From: Candidatus Binatia bacterium
GTDB taxonomy: Bacteria; Desulfobacterota; Binatia; UBA9968
Direction: 5' to 3'
DNA: 38,580 nt
Assembly: GCA_025924215.1 (NCBI GenBank)
Contig: JAICEJ010000003.1
Coordinates: 1 to 38,580 of the forward strand
Shown: one piece after another, positions 17,628-27,842 of the stretch
Layout of the letters: the number at the start of each line of letters is the position of its first letter
How positions within the stretch are numbered: position 1 is the first letter of the stretch
Program-made: the position numbers and the translations under genes
Notes under the pieces: generated by a model
Databases searched by the model: none
The model's input: the letters and a program-made list of their open reading frames with translations, nothing else
What the model was told of the DNA's origin: nothing

Positions 17628-19238
17628 CTAGTTGCGGCGAATGTCCGCAGCGGCTTCCGCTGTCACATTGGCTGGTAAGGTCAAGTGGAAGGTGGTGCCC
17701 TTGCCTACTGTGCTGGCATAAGAAACTACGCCATCGTGCGCAAGGATAATTTGCTGCACAATGAACAACCCCAGACCGGTACCGTGCGGCTTTGTCGAGC
17801 TGAACAGATCAAAGACCTTCAGATCATCGGGAATACCTATACCGGTGTCACTGATATCGATGCAGATCGAGCCGCCGCTCAAGTATCCCTTTACTGACAA
17901 AGTGCCGCCGTACGGCATCGCCTCTACGGCGTTTTTAAAAAGATTGAGTAACGCCTGTTTGAGTTTTGCCCCGTCGCCGCGGATTGGCGGCAGATCCGGC
18001 GAGCACTCCCACATAATCTGAACGTCCCCTTTGCCGTCCATATCCAATCCCGAGATCGTTTCTTGAACGACGCTGGCGAGCTTCACCGGCTGAAGACTAA
18101 GTTTTTGAGGTCGCGCAATCGTTTTGAACTCGTTCAGCAGAGAAGTAAGCCGGTCGATCTCGCTCTTCAAGTCCTTCAACGTCGCTAACATGTGCGGCGG
18201 AGCTTTGATGCCCTCTCGACTGATAAATCGCTCCAGCAGTTGGACCGTCGTGGAAATGCCGTTCAGCGGATTGCCAATCTCATGAGCCAGCATGGATGCC
18301 GCGGTTCCAATCGCCGCCAGATGTTCCTTTTCCCTTAACTTCTCTCGCAGATTTCGTTCCTGCGAGTCATCGCGCAACAAAATCAAAAATCCCTGCAAAC
18401 CGTCGGCATCGTCACGTAGCGCAAAGACGATGACCCTAGCATAAAACTGTGAGCCGTCTTTGCGCACCAACAGTTGGTAGTCGCGAAATGTTCCTTGATC
18501 ACTCGCCTCATCAAGCGCCTTTTTTATCAACGCCTGTCTGCCTTCCTGATCGGCGAAGAAAACCGACAACCGCTGGTCCGCCATATCATCACTCTCGCGG
18601 CCCAGGATGCGGGTTGCGGTGCGGTTCCAGTCAACGATGCGGCCATCGGCATCGGATATCAGAACCGCGTAATTTGTGATGTTGCGGAGCAAATTCCCGA
18701 GGATTTGCTCGACCTGCTTGCGTTGCGCCTCCTCGTGCTGAAGCTCCTCGGTTTTCGACATCAACTCGGATGTTTGTTCGATCACGCGCTGCGCCAAACG
18801 CTGATTTAATTCGAGAATAATCTTCTCCGCCTCGTTGCGTTCGGTAACTTCTCGAATCACTTTTACGACGTAGGCGCCCCTATCAGTTTGCAGAAGCGTG
18901 CATGTTGCTTCCGCGGCAAAAAGCGATCCGTCACGGCGGCGATACTGCCATTCACCGCGCCAGCAGCCGTTTTGCTCGATGTCGGGAATCGAGGTTTGAT
19001 AGATACGATCGAACCAATTCTTGTCGAGGTACAGCCGTTCGGTGGTCTGTTGCAAGACCTCCTGAGCCGAATAGCCAAACAACAAGGTTGCGCCCTCATT
19101 CCAGTAAACGATACAGCGCGACTTGAACTCGATAACGATGATCGCCTCAGGAATCCCTTTGTACAGTGACACCAGGACGTTCTCATCGAGAGGCGGCGGA
19201 CAGGTTTGGCTATGAATTGCTGGTTCGTTGGCAGACAT
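17628..19238 (-). CDS. Cytoplasmic PAS-PAS sensor histidine kinase (NtrB/AtoS-like)
   Basis: Two PAS domains; H-box LAHEIGNPL, N-box NLFKNAVEA, G boxes DTGIGI and STKPHGTGLGL; no TM segment. Confidence 0.93.
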   Translation of the reverse strand: MSANEPAIHSQTCPPPLDENVLVSLYKGIPEAIIVIEFKSRCIVYWNEGATLLFGYSAQEVLQQTTERLYLDKNWFDRIYQTSIPDIEQNGCWRGEWQYRRRDGSLFAAEATCTLLQTDRGAYVVKVIREVTERNEAEKIILELNQRLAQRVIEQTSELMSKTEELQHEEAQRKQVEQILGNLLRNITNYAVLISDADGRIVDWNRTATRILGRESDDMADQRLSVFFADQEGRQALIKKALDEASDQGTFRDYQLLVRKDGSQFYARVIVFALRDDADGLQGFLILLRDDSQERNLREKLREKEHLAAIGTAASMLAHEIGNPLNGISTTVQLLERFISREGIKAPPHMLATLKDLKSEIDRLTSLLNEFKTIARPQKLSLQPVKLASVVQETISGLDMDGKGDVQIMWECSPDLPPIRGDGAKLKQALLNLFKNAVEAMPYGGTLSVKGYLSGGSICIDISDTGIGIPDDLKVFDLFSSTKPHGTGLGLFIVQQIILAHDGVVSYASTVGKGTTFHLTLPANVTAEAAADIRRN

Positions 19239-19455
19239 CGTATCCTTATCTTTGCAGCCACACTTAAGTGACTGCGCGAATTCTATTGAGGTCCTACGAC
19301 CTGGGTCATCATTTAACTATATCTCTGATAAATCAAGATCCTGTCAATCTAGCTAGCTTGGCACAGCTCGATGGCCGCCTCACCGAAGACGCACCATAAA
19401 AGGTGAATTCCGACCTGGGACAAACCCTTTTGTAAAAACGAATCGCTACTTGTGC

Positions 19456-19471
19456 TGGCATGCTCGTTGCG
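19456..19471 (+). promoter_or_regulatory. sigma54 -24/-12 promoter
   Basis: TGGCATGCTCGTTGCG, 25 nt before ATG 19497. Confidence 0.8.
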
Positions 19472-19496
19472 TTTTTGCGCTGTTTAGGAGACACAC

Positions 19497-19868
19497 ATGA
19501 AGGCAATCGGAGCGAGGATTTGGGCAATCCCGGAGGGCTATATTCCCGGCTGGAGCAACGGTCCCGAACCTGAATTTACCAGCCATGAGACCGTCTGCTT
19601 GCTCAACACCGCGGATGAGAATGCTCACGTCCTCATTACTGTTTTCTTCTCTGATCGCGAACCTGCCGGCCCCTACGCGATTACAGTGGCGGCGCGCCGG
19701 ACAAAGCACGTGCGGTTTAACGATTTGAGGGATCCGGAAAAAATTCCACTTGCTACCGATTTTGCCAGCGTCATCGAATCGGACGTGCCGATCGTGGTGC
19801 AGCACACACGCCTCGACTCACGCCAAGCAGAAAACGCTTTACTCAGCACGATGGCTTACCGGGAATAG
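19497..19868 (+). CDS. Anabaena sensory rhodopsin transducer (ASRT) family protein
   Basis: IGARIWAIPEGYIP..S.GPEP..TSHETVCLLN...RTKHVRFNDL.DP...SDVPIVVQHTRLDSRQAENALLSTMAY. Confidence 0.9.
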   Translation: MKAIGARIWAIPEGYIPGWSNGPEPEFTSHETVCLLNTADENAHVLITVFFSDREPAGPYAITVAARRTKHVRFNDLRDPEKIPLATDFASVIESDVPIVVQHTRLDSRQAENALLSTMAYRE

Positions 19869-20224
19869 GCCATGCTCCTAGATCAACGATAGAATCAGAA
19901 CACACGACGGCCGCGTTCTCAGCAGCCTTGCCGGCATTTGTCAACGCTTTCAGAGCCCACCCCGTTTCGAGCTCCCATCACCCGGACACACTGTAATGAT
20001 TAGCGAAGCCTCGAACCAGAAAGGCACGGACGGATTCATTCTGTTTGGGTGCGCATGCTGTGCGCCGGCTGCGGACCTGTTGAGCCCGGGGATAAAGGGT
20101 GGAAACTTAAATGAACGGAATCTGCAGGACGCGATAAGCCCAGAGAAGCAAGGCAAGAAAGCGAACGATTCACTTGCGTTGATCACGCTGTTAGTTGAGA
20201 ACTAGGATTCGAGATTAGCTGGAA

Positions 20225-22051
20225 ATGAAATTCATACCCTGTTTGTTTTCTGCACTGGCGGTGTGGCTGATATTGGCGTGCCGCGCTTCAGCTATTCAAG
20301 TCGAAGAACTCGATCCAAGCCGCGAGTGGCGGGTGGAAAAAATCGAGATTTCGGGCAACCAACGTTTTCCTGATAACCAACTTCTCACGGAGATGGTAAT
20401 CCAGGCACGCCCCTGGTATCGATTCTGGGAAGAGCGGCCACTTTTCGATCCGCTCACGTTTGCCACCGACCTTGACCGCCTGCGGCGGTTTTATCAATCG
20501 GAGGGTTTTTACAAAAGCCGAATAACTCACAACATCGATCCCGATGAGACGCGAGGTCTCGTGAGTCTCGAGATTTACGTGGAAGAGAATAGTCCGGTCG
20601 TGATCTCGCAGGTGCTTATAGAAGTTAACGATGAGTCGCCAGACCGTCCGCCTTTGCCGGATAAATTTCCCATAAAACCCGGCGAGATTTTCCGGGAACA
20701 GAAGTATCAAGATGCGGAACTCTTGCTGCGTAATCATCTGATGGACAACGGCCATGCGCATGCCCAGACACAACGCCGCGCCGAAGTAGATCTGGAACAA
20801 GACCAAGCTGGCGTCCGGTACTGGGCGCAGCCGGGGCCCAAGGCTGTATTTGGTGAAACCGAGATCAAGGGAACCGAGCAGGTTGAGCCCTATTTAATAG
20901 TGAGAGAGCTGGCCTACGAGCCTGGCGAAATGTTCTCGTTAAAAAAGATCCGGGAATCCCGCCAGCAAATCCTGGCGTTGGATCTATTCAGCGCGCTTAG
21001 AATCAATCCCCGGGAGAGTGCCGGAACTCCAACGGTGGTTCCGATGGGAGTCCAGGTAACTGAAAAGCCACCGCGCCAGATCAGTGTCGGATTGGGTTAC
21101 AGCACAGAGGAGGAATTCCACGTTTCACTGGATTGGCGATATCAAAACTGGTTGGGCGATGGAAGACGATTATGGATTCGAGGCAAATACTCTTCGATCG
21201 TCGCCAGCGGCGACATCGATTTTACCCAGCCTCACTTCTTTACACGGCGCACCCAGGCCGGGCTACACTTGCGCCACGCTGTGGAAGAAGAAGAAACCTT
21301 CAAACGAACCCTAAGTCGATTCTCCGGCCGTCTTGAGCATCGCTTCACGCCAAGGCTTCTCAGCTTTTTCGGCTACCGCGTCGATAACAATCAACTTAGC
21401 GATGTTGCGGAGGCCACGACACAAGTCTTGGGAGAGATCAGAACGAAAGGTATTTTGACCGGTCCTTTTTTGGGGCTGGTCTGGAACAGCACTGATGATT
21501 TATTGCAGCCAACCCAAGGTGAGATCGTATCCTTCAACGCGGATCAAGCCGGCGGCATCTGGGGTGGCCCTTACGAATTCTTCAAGCTGACAGGCGAAGC
21601 GAAAAAGTACTTCCCGATTGGTTGGGACACCATCTTTGCCGGACGTCTAAAGTTGGGAGTCGCCGACGCTATCGGTTCAAAAGAGAACTATCCGTTGTTC
21701 GAGCGCTTCTTTGCCGGCGGCCAAGGCGGTGTCCGCGGCTATGGCAGGCGCCGCCTGGGCCCGCTCAACAGTGACGACGAACCGCTCGGCGGTCTCAGCT
21801 TGATTGAGGGTTCGGTGGAAGTGCGTCGTCCGGTTTGGCGGGAATTAGGGGGCGCCCTGTTTGTCGACTTCGGGCAGGTCTCGTTAAAATCATTCGATAT
21901 TCCCGTGAACGATCTCCAATTCTCAACAGGCTTCGGCCTGAGCTATACCACGCCTGTGGGTCCATTGCGGCTAGATATCGGTTTTCCGTTCAAACCGCCG
22001 CGCGGCGACCGTGCTTGGCAAGTTCACTTCAGTGTAGGGGCATCCTTCTAA
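20225..22051 (+). CDS. tamA: Omp85/TamA-like outer membrane protein (about 3 POTRA domains plus barrel)
   Basis: Signal peptide, POTRA repeats, RFFAGG..GVRGY, TPVGPLRLDIG and a C-terminal Phe. Confidence 0.88.
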   Translation: MKFIPCLFSALAVWLILACRASAIQVEELDPSREWRVEKIEISGNQRFPDNQLLTEMVIQARPWYRFWEERPLFDPLTFATDLDRLRRFYQSEGFYKSRITHNIDPDETRGLVSLEIYVEENSPVVISQVLIEVNDESPDRPPLPDKFPIKPGEIFREQKYQDAELLLRNHLMDNGHAHAQTQRRAEVDLEQDQAGVRYWAQPGPKAVFGETEIKGTEQVEPYLIVRELAYEPGEMFSLKKIRESRQQILALDLFSALRINPRESAGTPTVVPMGVQVTEKPPRQISVGLGYSTEEEFHVSLDWRYQNWLGDGRRLWIRGKYSSIVASGDIDFTQPHFFTRRTQAGLHLRHAVEEEETFKRTLSRFSGRLEHRFTPRLLSFFGYRVDNNQLSDVAEATTQVLGEIRTKGILTGPFLGLVWNSTDDLLQPTQGEIVSFNADQAGGIWGGPYEFFKLTGEAKKYFPIGWDTIFAGRLKLGVADAIGSKENYPLFERFFAGGQGGVRGYGRRRLGPLNSDDEPLGGLSLIEGSVEVRRPVWRELGGALFVDFGQVSLKSFDIPVNDLQFSTGFGLSYTTPVGPLRLDIGFPFKPPRGDRAWQVHFSVGASF

Positions 22052-22052
22052 A

Positions 22053-25000
22053 ATGAACAGATTGTTGGCCATCTTGTATCGCGTAGCCGTGAGCCTTGGG
22101 TTTTTGCTGCTGGTCTTGATCATCGCGGCGGCAATCATCACTCACACCGACCGGTTTCGTGAATTTGTCCGCGATAAACTGGTGACGGCAATCAACGATA
22201 CGATCGTGGGCTCCATCAGTTTAGGTCGAATAGACGGTTCTATCTGGGGCAATGTCATTCTGCATGATGTCGTCGTACGTCACGAGGGCGCCGAAATTCT
22301 CGAGGTGCCCGACCTGACCATTTCCTACTCACTATTCCCACTGATATGGGGTCGCTTGCACGTTTTTCAACTCGCAGGCAGCCGTCCGACGCTTCGTTTG
22401 AGACGCCACGAAGATAATCAGCTGAACATCGTGCAAGCTTTTTCCCCAAAGCAGCCACAGAGCGAAGAAACCTCAAGGCTCGTTTTGTCCTTGAACTCGG
22501 TCAGTCTACGAGAAGGACACATCGAACTGAGACTTGAGGGTCCGAAACCGCAAAACTACACCCTAGAGGACGTAACTGTCGCCGGCCGGATTGATGCTCG
22601 CCCTAAAATGGTCACCATCGATCTTAGTCGCATGGCCGCGCGCCTGAATTCCCTAGGTCTGCCTGAGCTGAGTCTCGATGGCGCCTTGGCGTACCGTGAA
22701 ACTGACGGCACAGACACATTTGAAGTGGCAAATCTCCTAGTTACGACTGGAGACTCGCGGGTCAAACTCAATGGCAAAATCGCCGACCTGCAGGCCACCA
22801 ACTTGGACGTGAAAATCGCCGTTGAAACGCTTGCCCCGCCTGACATTCGCCGTGTGTTTGCCGACTGGCCGATTAGACAAGACGTCGTCGGGGCTCTCGC
22901 AGTCAATGGACCGCTCAATGCGCTGTCTTTTGATATCGATTTGGCGGCGGCGGGCGCTAAATTGGCAGCGAATCTTGAGCTCGAAGAGGCGGGCGAGACA
23001 CCACGTTATCGCGGAAACATTAACCTAAGCGGTTTTGATCTAGCGAGATTGCTTGGCAGGAACGATATCGGCGGGGTTGCGAGCGCGGCTCTTGAGGGCC
23101 GCGGCACGGGTTTCTCGCTGGCTAATCTCGATGTCAAAGGCGCTATTCGAATCCAAAGTGCGGCTGTTCAAGGATGGGCCCTGGGAGAAGTCTCCATCGA
23201 CGGTCGCGTCCATGATAGCGTTGCGCAGATCAATGGAAACTTAAAGGGCAAAATGGGTCTCGCTTCATGGCAGGGCGAAGTTTCTCTCAAGGAGAGACCT
23301 GCCTACGAACTTTCTCTTGGCGTGGAGAATCTCGACGTACAAAAAGCGGCTGGGAATGAGAAGCAAATTGCAGGTAAGATCAACCTAAAAGGCACTGTCA
23401 TAGGCGCCGGGCTCTCGCCGCGCGACATGATCGTCCGCGCGGAGCTAAAGATCTTGCCGTCCACGATTGGGCCGGTGGAGGTGCAAGAAGGTTCTGTGGT
23501 TGCCAATCTCGCACAACAGCGACTTCAGATTCTGGAAGCAACGGCCAGGACTCAGGATGCAATGCTCAAGGTGCAGGGCGATGTCGGTCTCGAGCCAAAG
23601 CAAAACGGCAAGCTTGATTATGTTGTTCGCTCAGCGAACCTAACGCCGTGGCTGGCTTTAGCGAATCAGCAAGGTTCCGGTTCTATGGAGCTGACCGGAC
23701 GCGCCAGCGGCAATATTGCCGACCTCCGGTCACAAGGCACAATGAAGCTGGCGGGATTACGGCTGCAGAATACGACAATCAAGAGCGGCAGCATCGATTT
23801 TGACCTCCGCCTCGCCGGCACGCAGTCCCTGCCGCAAGGAACCATGAAGGTTGAACTCGCTGAGATCCAAGCAGGCATCCCGCTGCAAAGACTCGACGGT
23901 TCCATCGGACTCTCCTCTAAAAAAAATTACGAAATAGGGATCGACTTGAAAGCCGTGGATCAGGCCAAGCGCACGCATATTCTCGCGGGGCAAGTAGACT
24001 ATCAGCCGCAACTGATGGTCGCTCGACTGGATAGAGTCGGCTTGAGCCTCGAAGATGGAGTTTGGCAGCTCTCCCGACCGGCAACGATCACCGTACGCGG
24101 CGATAACTTCGACATCGAGGGTTTGCTGCTAAGAAATCGCGTCCAACAGGTAGCGATCAACGGCCGATTCGCCACCAGCGGCAAACAGGATCTCGCTGTC
24201 ACGGTGGAAGGCTTGCCGATCAGCGCAGTCTCGGCTTTTTTACCCAAGCCGCTTCCCATGAGCGGGATTTTGAATATACGTGCTCAGGTCACCGGCACAG
24301 CGGCAGCGCCGCAAATCACCGCATCAGCGAATCTGACCGATGCTAGCATCGGCGGACAAAGCTACGGCGGTGTTATCGGTGCTATCGACTACAGATCTCC
24401 CAACGCGGATATCAAGTTGACGGTGCGCCAGGACGCCGATCATGTGTTAACCGCATACGGCACGATTCCACTCATTTTGAGATGGAGCCCTCAGTGGCAA
24501 GCGGAAACCACCGGCGATATGAACGTACGCGTTCAATCAAGCGCTTTGAGCATCGCTTTTTTAAACGCGTTCAGTGGAGATGCGGCCCAGGGCATCGCTG
24601 GTATCATCGCTTTGGATGTCACTGCCCGAGGCCCGATGACCAAGCCGATACTTCGCGGCACATTTCAGTTGCAAGATGGAGGTCTCGCGATTAAGCCGCT
24701 GGGGGTGCAGATCGCCGCCATCAATGCAGACGCAACGTTCGACGGACAGACTGTTTCGCTGCGCCAGATTTCGGCCCGCGCCAAAGATGGACGTTTAAAC
24801 GGCAGCGGTATCCTGTCTCTGAAAGATTATAGCCCGGAGGACTTCAAAGTTTCTATCGCCCTTTCGGGCTGGCCAGCGATCGAAACACAACGATATCGCG
24901 CAACGGTGGCGGGCAATATCGAAGCGCAGGGACCTTTGGGAAAACCTTCCTTGAAGGGCCAGGTCGAAGTGCTCAATGCCGAACTGCGCCCGGATTTAGC

Positions 25001-25850
25001 TTTTCTTGGTCGTGGTAAGAGACCGCTCACCCGCGATGAAACCATTATCATCGTCCGCGGTGAAGAACCCGCCCAGGCGCAGACCCAAGAGAACAAAACC
25101 GCGCGACCAGCCGAGAATGAACTCCTGAGAGACGCCAGAGTGGATTTGTCAGTGGTCGTGCCGAATCAGGCGTGGATCCGACACCCGGAAGCCAACGTGG
25201 AGCTAAGTGGAAAACTACGGGCCGTTAAAGAAGCCGGAAAAGAGATTAGTCTGACAGGAACAATCAGAGTCGTAAGGGGATGGATCGGTTTTCAAGGCAG
25301 GCGCTTTAATTTAACTCGTGGCTCGGTGGAGTTTAGAGGCGATGAAACACTCAATCCCGCGCTCGATATCGTAGCGCAGTACCGTTTACCGCAATACCAA
25401 GTTGAAGTCATTGTCACTGGCACTGCGGACAAACCCGTTCTGACGCTGCGAAGCCAGCCGGCATTGGAGCAAGCCGATATTTTGGCGCTCCTGCTCTTTG
25501 GCAAGCCGGTCAGTAGTTTGAATCGAAACGAACAGGACACACTGCAGCAAAGTGCCGCCGAGATGGCCGGCGGGCTTGCGGCGGCGAAAGTTGCAGGGGC
25601 GGTATCTGAGGCGCTGGGATTGGACAGATTAGGACTCGACCTCGGTGAGATCGATGCTGGCGGAGGTCAGATCGGCTTCGGCCGGTACATAGGCGAGCGT
25701 ACCTATGTTTCCATCTCTCAGAAACTGTCGGGAGAAACCGCACAGGAAGTTTCGATAGAATACCAGATCGGACCCGATTGGAAGATCACAAGTTCGACGT
25801 CCACTGCTGGATCAAGCGGTGTTGGTATTCTCTGGCACAAACGTTACTGA
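22053..25850 (+). CDS. tamB: TamB/DUF490 translocation and assembly module protein
   Basis: N-terminal TM anchor, long beta-taco region, and DUF490 C-terminus (NPALDI.A...GTADKP.LTL.SQP.L.Q.DILALLLFG); starts 1 nt after tamA. Confidence 0.9.
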   Translation: MNRLLAILYRVAVSLGFLLLVLIIAAAIITHTDRFREFVRDKLVTAINDTIVGSISLGRIDGSIWGNVILHDVVVRHEGAEILEVPDLTISYSLFPLIWGRLHVFQLAGSRPTLRLRRHEDNQLNIVQAFSPKQPQSEETSRLVLSLNSVSLREGHIELRLEGPKPQNYTLEDVTVAGRIDARPKMVTIDLSRMAARLNSLGLPELSLDGALAYRETDGTDTFEVANLLVTTGDSRVKLNGKIADLQATNLDVKIAVETLAPPDIRRVFADWPIRQDVVGALAVNGPLNALSFDIDLAAAGAKLAANLELEEAGETPRYRGNINLSGFDLARLLGRNDIGGVASAALEGRGTGFSLANLDVKGAIRIQSAAVQGWALGEVSIDGRVHDSVAQINGNLKGKMGLASWQGEVSLKERPAYELSLGVENLDVQKAAGNEKQIAGKINLKGTVIGAGLSPRDMIVRAELKILPSTIGPVEVQEGSVVANLAQQRLQILEATARTQDAMLKVQGDVGLEPKQNGKLDYVVRSANLTPWLALANQQGSGSMELTGRASGNIADLRSQGTMKLAGLRLQNTTIKSGSIDFDLRLAGTQSLPQGTMKVELAEIQAGIPLQRLDGSIGLSSKKNYEIGIDLKAVDQAKRTHILAGQVDYQPQLMVARLDRVGLSLEDGVWQLSRPATITVRGDNFDIEGLLLRNRVQQVAINGRFATSGKQDLAVTVEGLPISAVSAFLPKPLPMSGILNIRAQVTGTAAAPQITASANLTDASIGGQSYGGVIGAIDYRSPNADIKLTVRQDADHVLTAYGTIPLILRWSPQWQAETTGDMNVRVQSSALSIAFLNAFSGDAAQGIAGIIALDVTARGPMTKPILRGTFQLQDGGLAIKPLGVQIAAINADATFDGQTVSLRQISARAKDGRLNGSGILSLKDYSPEDFKVSIALSGWPAIETQRYRATVAGNIEAQGPLGKPSLKGQVEVLNAELRPDLAFLGRGKRPLTRDETIIIVRGEEPAQAQTQENKTARPAENELLRDARVDLSVVVPNQAWIRHPEANVELSGKLRAVKEAGKEISLTGTIRVVRGWIGFQGRRFNLTRGSVEFRGDETLNPALDIVAQYRLPQYQVEVIVTGTADKPVLTLRSQPALEQADILALLLFGKPVSSLNRNEQDTLQQSAAEMAGGLAAAKVAGAVSEALGLDRLGLDLGEIDAGGGQIGFGRYIGERTYVSISQKLSGETAQEVSIEYQIGPDWKITSSTSTAGSSGVGILWHKRY

Positions 25851-26012
25851 AGGCTGCATTTCTAAGCCTGTTCGACGATTGCTGCGCTATTCGATGATGC
25901 GTACTCCGCTGCCGGATCGCTCAGATGGCCAGCCCTTCTGCAAGACCCGAAGATGCCGGGCTCTTGATGATCAGGCTAAAATGATGGGACGAGTACGTTC
26001 GATCTTGGTTGG

Positions 26013-27158
26013 TCAGGAAGGCGCGGCCTTGCTCTCAGTCCCGAGGAATTCACCGATCGGCGCAAGTTGCTCGACCTGATCGCAGATGATCTTGATGATC
26101 GCCAAGAGCGGAACGGCCAATAATGCTCCGATGATTCCCCAGATCCAGCCGCAGAAGATGAGCCAAATAAAAATCATTACGGGGTTCAACGCCAGCCTTC
26201 GGCCCAGGGCCATCGGGAAAATCAGATTGGCCTGAATCGTGTCAACGGTAAAATAGACAAGCGGGACCAGAACGATGCGAAAAACATCTTCAAATGTGAG
26301 AATTGCCACGAGCGTGACCGTGGTGAGTCCCACCAGCGCGCCCAGATAAGGGATGTACGAGAGAACGGCGGCCATGACTCCCCACAACCAAGGATTGGGC
26401 ATGCCGAGTAGGTACATGGCAATCCCGATCACACATCCAAATCCGATGTATATAAGAGTCACCACTGACAGATAGGTGGATACGTCCTTTTCGATGCGCC
26501 GATAAATTTCCACTGCGACTTTTTTGTTCTCCATAGTCGGCAAAACCTTCACTAGCTTCAACAAAAACAAATCTCCTGAAGCGAGCAGGAAGTAGAGCAG
26601 GACCAGCATCACACCGGTAGATAGGGCGAAGTCCTTGGCGCCGCTGAAGATAACCTGACTCAATCCGGGTTTTTTGAGCTCCACGGCGGCGGTTTGCTGA
26701 TCGTTGCCCAGACCCGCCATTTTCTCGATTTGTTTGGTAGTCTCCTGCACGTCTGCAACCGGGCGGATGAAGTTCTGCAGCTTGGCGCGGACATCAGTGA
26801 GAACCTGCGGTGCTCTTTGAATCCAGGACGCAACCGGATCCGACATACGATAGATGCCCAAAGACAGTATGCCCAAGAGCGCGGAGATAATTAGTAAGGC
26901 GCTCAATGGCTCGGCAACGCGAACGCGCTTGAGAGCGCGCACGACCGGCGCTAGGAGAGAGCTCAAGATCCACGCCAGCAGTATCGGTAAAATAAAATCC
27001 CGGGCAAAGTAGAGTGTATAAAAAGTAGCTAGTACGAAAAGACCGGTGAGCGAAACCGAGCGAATATCCAGAGCTCGTTCGGTGGGCAGCAAGTCCTGGA
27101 GATCGGCCTTGCCTTCATCCTGCCGAGGCTCGGGCGATTCGTGCCGGGCAGGCTTCAT
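26013..27158 (-). CDS. AI-2E (PerM/UPF0118) family transporter
   Basis: Multi-TM protein; ILLAWILSSLLAPVV, LSYIPYLGA, LNPVMIF..LIFCGWIWGIIGALLAVPL. Confidence 0.92.
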   Translation of the reverse strand: MKPARHESPEPRQDEGKADLQDLLPTERALDIRSVSLTGLFVLATFYTLYFARDFILPILLAWILSSLLAPVVRALKRVRVAEPLSALLIISALLGILSLGIYRMSDPVASWIQRAPQVLTDVRAKLQNFIRPVADVQETTKQIEKMAGLGNDQQTAAVELKKPGLSQVIFSGAKDFALSTGVMLVLLYFLLASGDLFLLKLVKVLPTMENKKVAVEIYRRIEKDVSTYLSVVTLIYIGFGCVIGIAMYLLGMPNPWLWGVMAAVLSYIPYLGALVGLTTVTLVAILTFEDVFRIVLVPLVYFTVDTIQANLIFPMALGRRLALNPVMIFIWLIFCGWIWGIIGALLAVPLLAIIKIICDQVEQLAPIGEFLGTESKAAPS

Positions 27159-27529
27159 GGCACAGACTGGTTATGGCTCCACCCCTTGGAAGACCGCGCC
27201 CAGATGAGGGGGGGAACAAGCATAACCGTTGCGCTGAGTTTCTTCGGCGGCCGTTTGGGCGGAGGATCGCCGGCTGGAGGCGGGTCTCGCGGATCTGATA
27301 TCTCCGGTTCACGTGAAGGTGGCTCCTCGACCGGCGGCTTCTTTCGCCGCTTTTGCGGTTCCCGCCTGGGCGCGGGCGGTCTCTTGGCTGGCCCGGCATG
27401 GAGAACGGATCCGATCCGGCATGTTGCCTGCCGTCTCAGATCATGGCGGTTGTCCATCGGCTGCGCCGCCAAATCAGCAAGCCGCCCGAACCGCGATATA
27501 AGAACGTAACATGCAGCTCGTCGAAGCAA
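27155..27529 (-). CDS. Possible proline-rich small protein (start uncertain)
   Basis: PPVEEPPSREPEISDPRDPPPAGDPPPKRPP. Its TGA overlaps the AI-2E ATG (ATGA), and it fills the BON to AI-2E gap. Confidence 0.4.
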   Translation of the reverse strand: MLRRAACYVLISRFGRLADLAAQPMDNRHDLRRQATCRIGSVLHAGPAKRPPAPRREPQKRRKKPPVEEPPSREPEISDPRDPPPAGDPPPKRPPKKLSATVMLVPPLIWARSSKGWSHNQSVP

Positions 27530-27530
27530 T

Positions 27531-27842
27531 CTAAGATTTGCCTAACTGAAGGTTATTGACCACCTTCTTAACACCGTCAACCCGACCCGCTAATTGCTCG
27601 GCCCGCGCTTTCTGTTCGGCGCTTTGTACCGTGCCGTTTAAGTAAACCACGCCGTTTGTGGTATCGACATCGATACGAGTAAAATTCGACGCCTTGTCGG
27701 ACGTCAATGTGGCCTGTACCGCAGTCGAGATGCGCGCGTCGTCAACATTTTGCCCAGCCGTTCGCCCGGTCATCGCTTGACACCCGGAGAGTGCGACAGC
27801 TAGGAGCGCTACTGCGGCAAAATGTCTACTCGGTTTCTTCAT
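27531..27842 (-). CDS. BON-domain (OsmY-like) lipoprotein
   Basis: Own RBS AGGAGG and ATG 27842; lipobox LSGC; VDDARISTAV...IDVDTTNGVVYLNGTV...VDGVKKVVNNL. Confidence 0.9.
   Translation of the reverse strand: MKKPSRHFAAVALLAVALSGCQAMTGRTAGQNVDDARISTAVQATLTSDKASNFTRIDVDTTNGVVYLNGTVQSAEQKARAEQLAGRVDGVKKVVNNLQLGKS

Noticed and set aside
9195-19270. Short perfect palindromes AGCTGCGCAGCT (9195), ACATTTAAATGT (10282) and CACTTAAGTG (19261)
   Set aside because: Unrelated to each other, and a few are expected by chance in 38 kb.
19950-20205. Short ORFs between ASRT and tamA
   Set aside because: No convincing RBS or motifs, and no RNA structure I can support.
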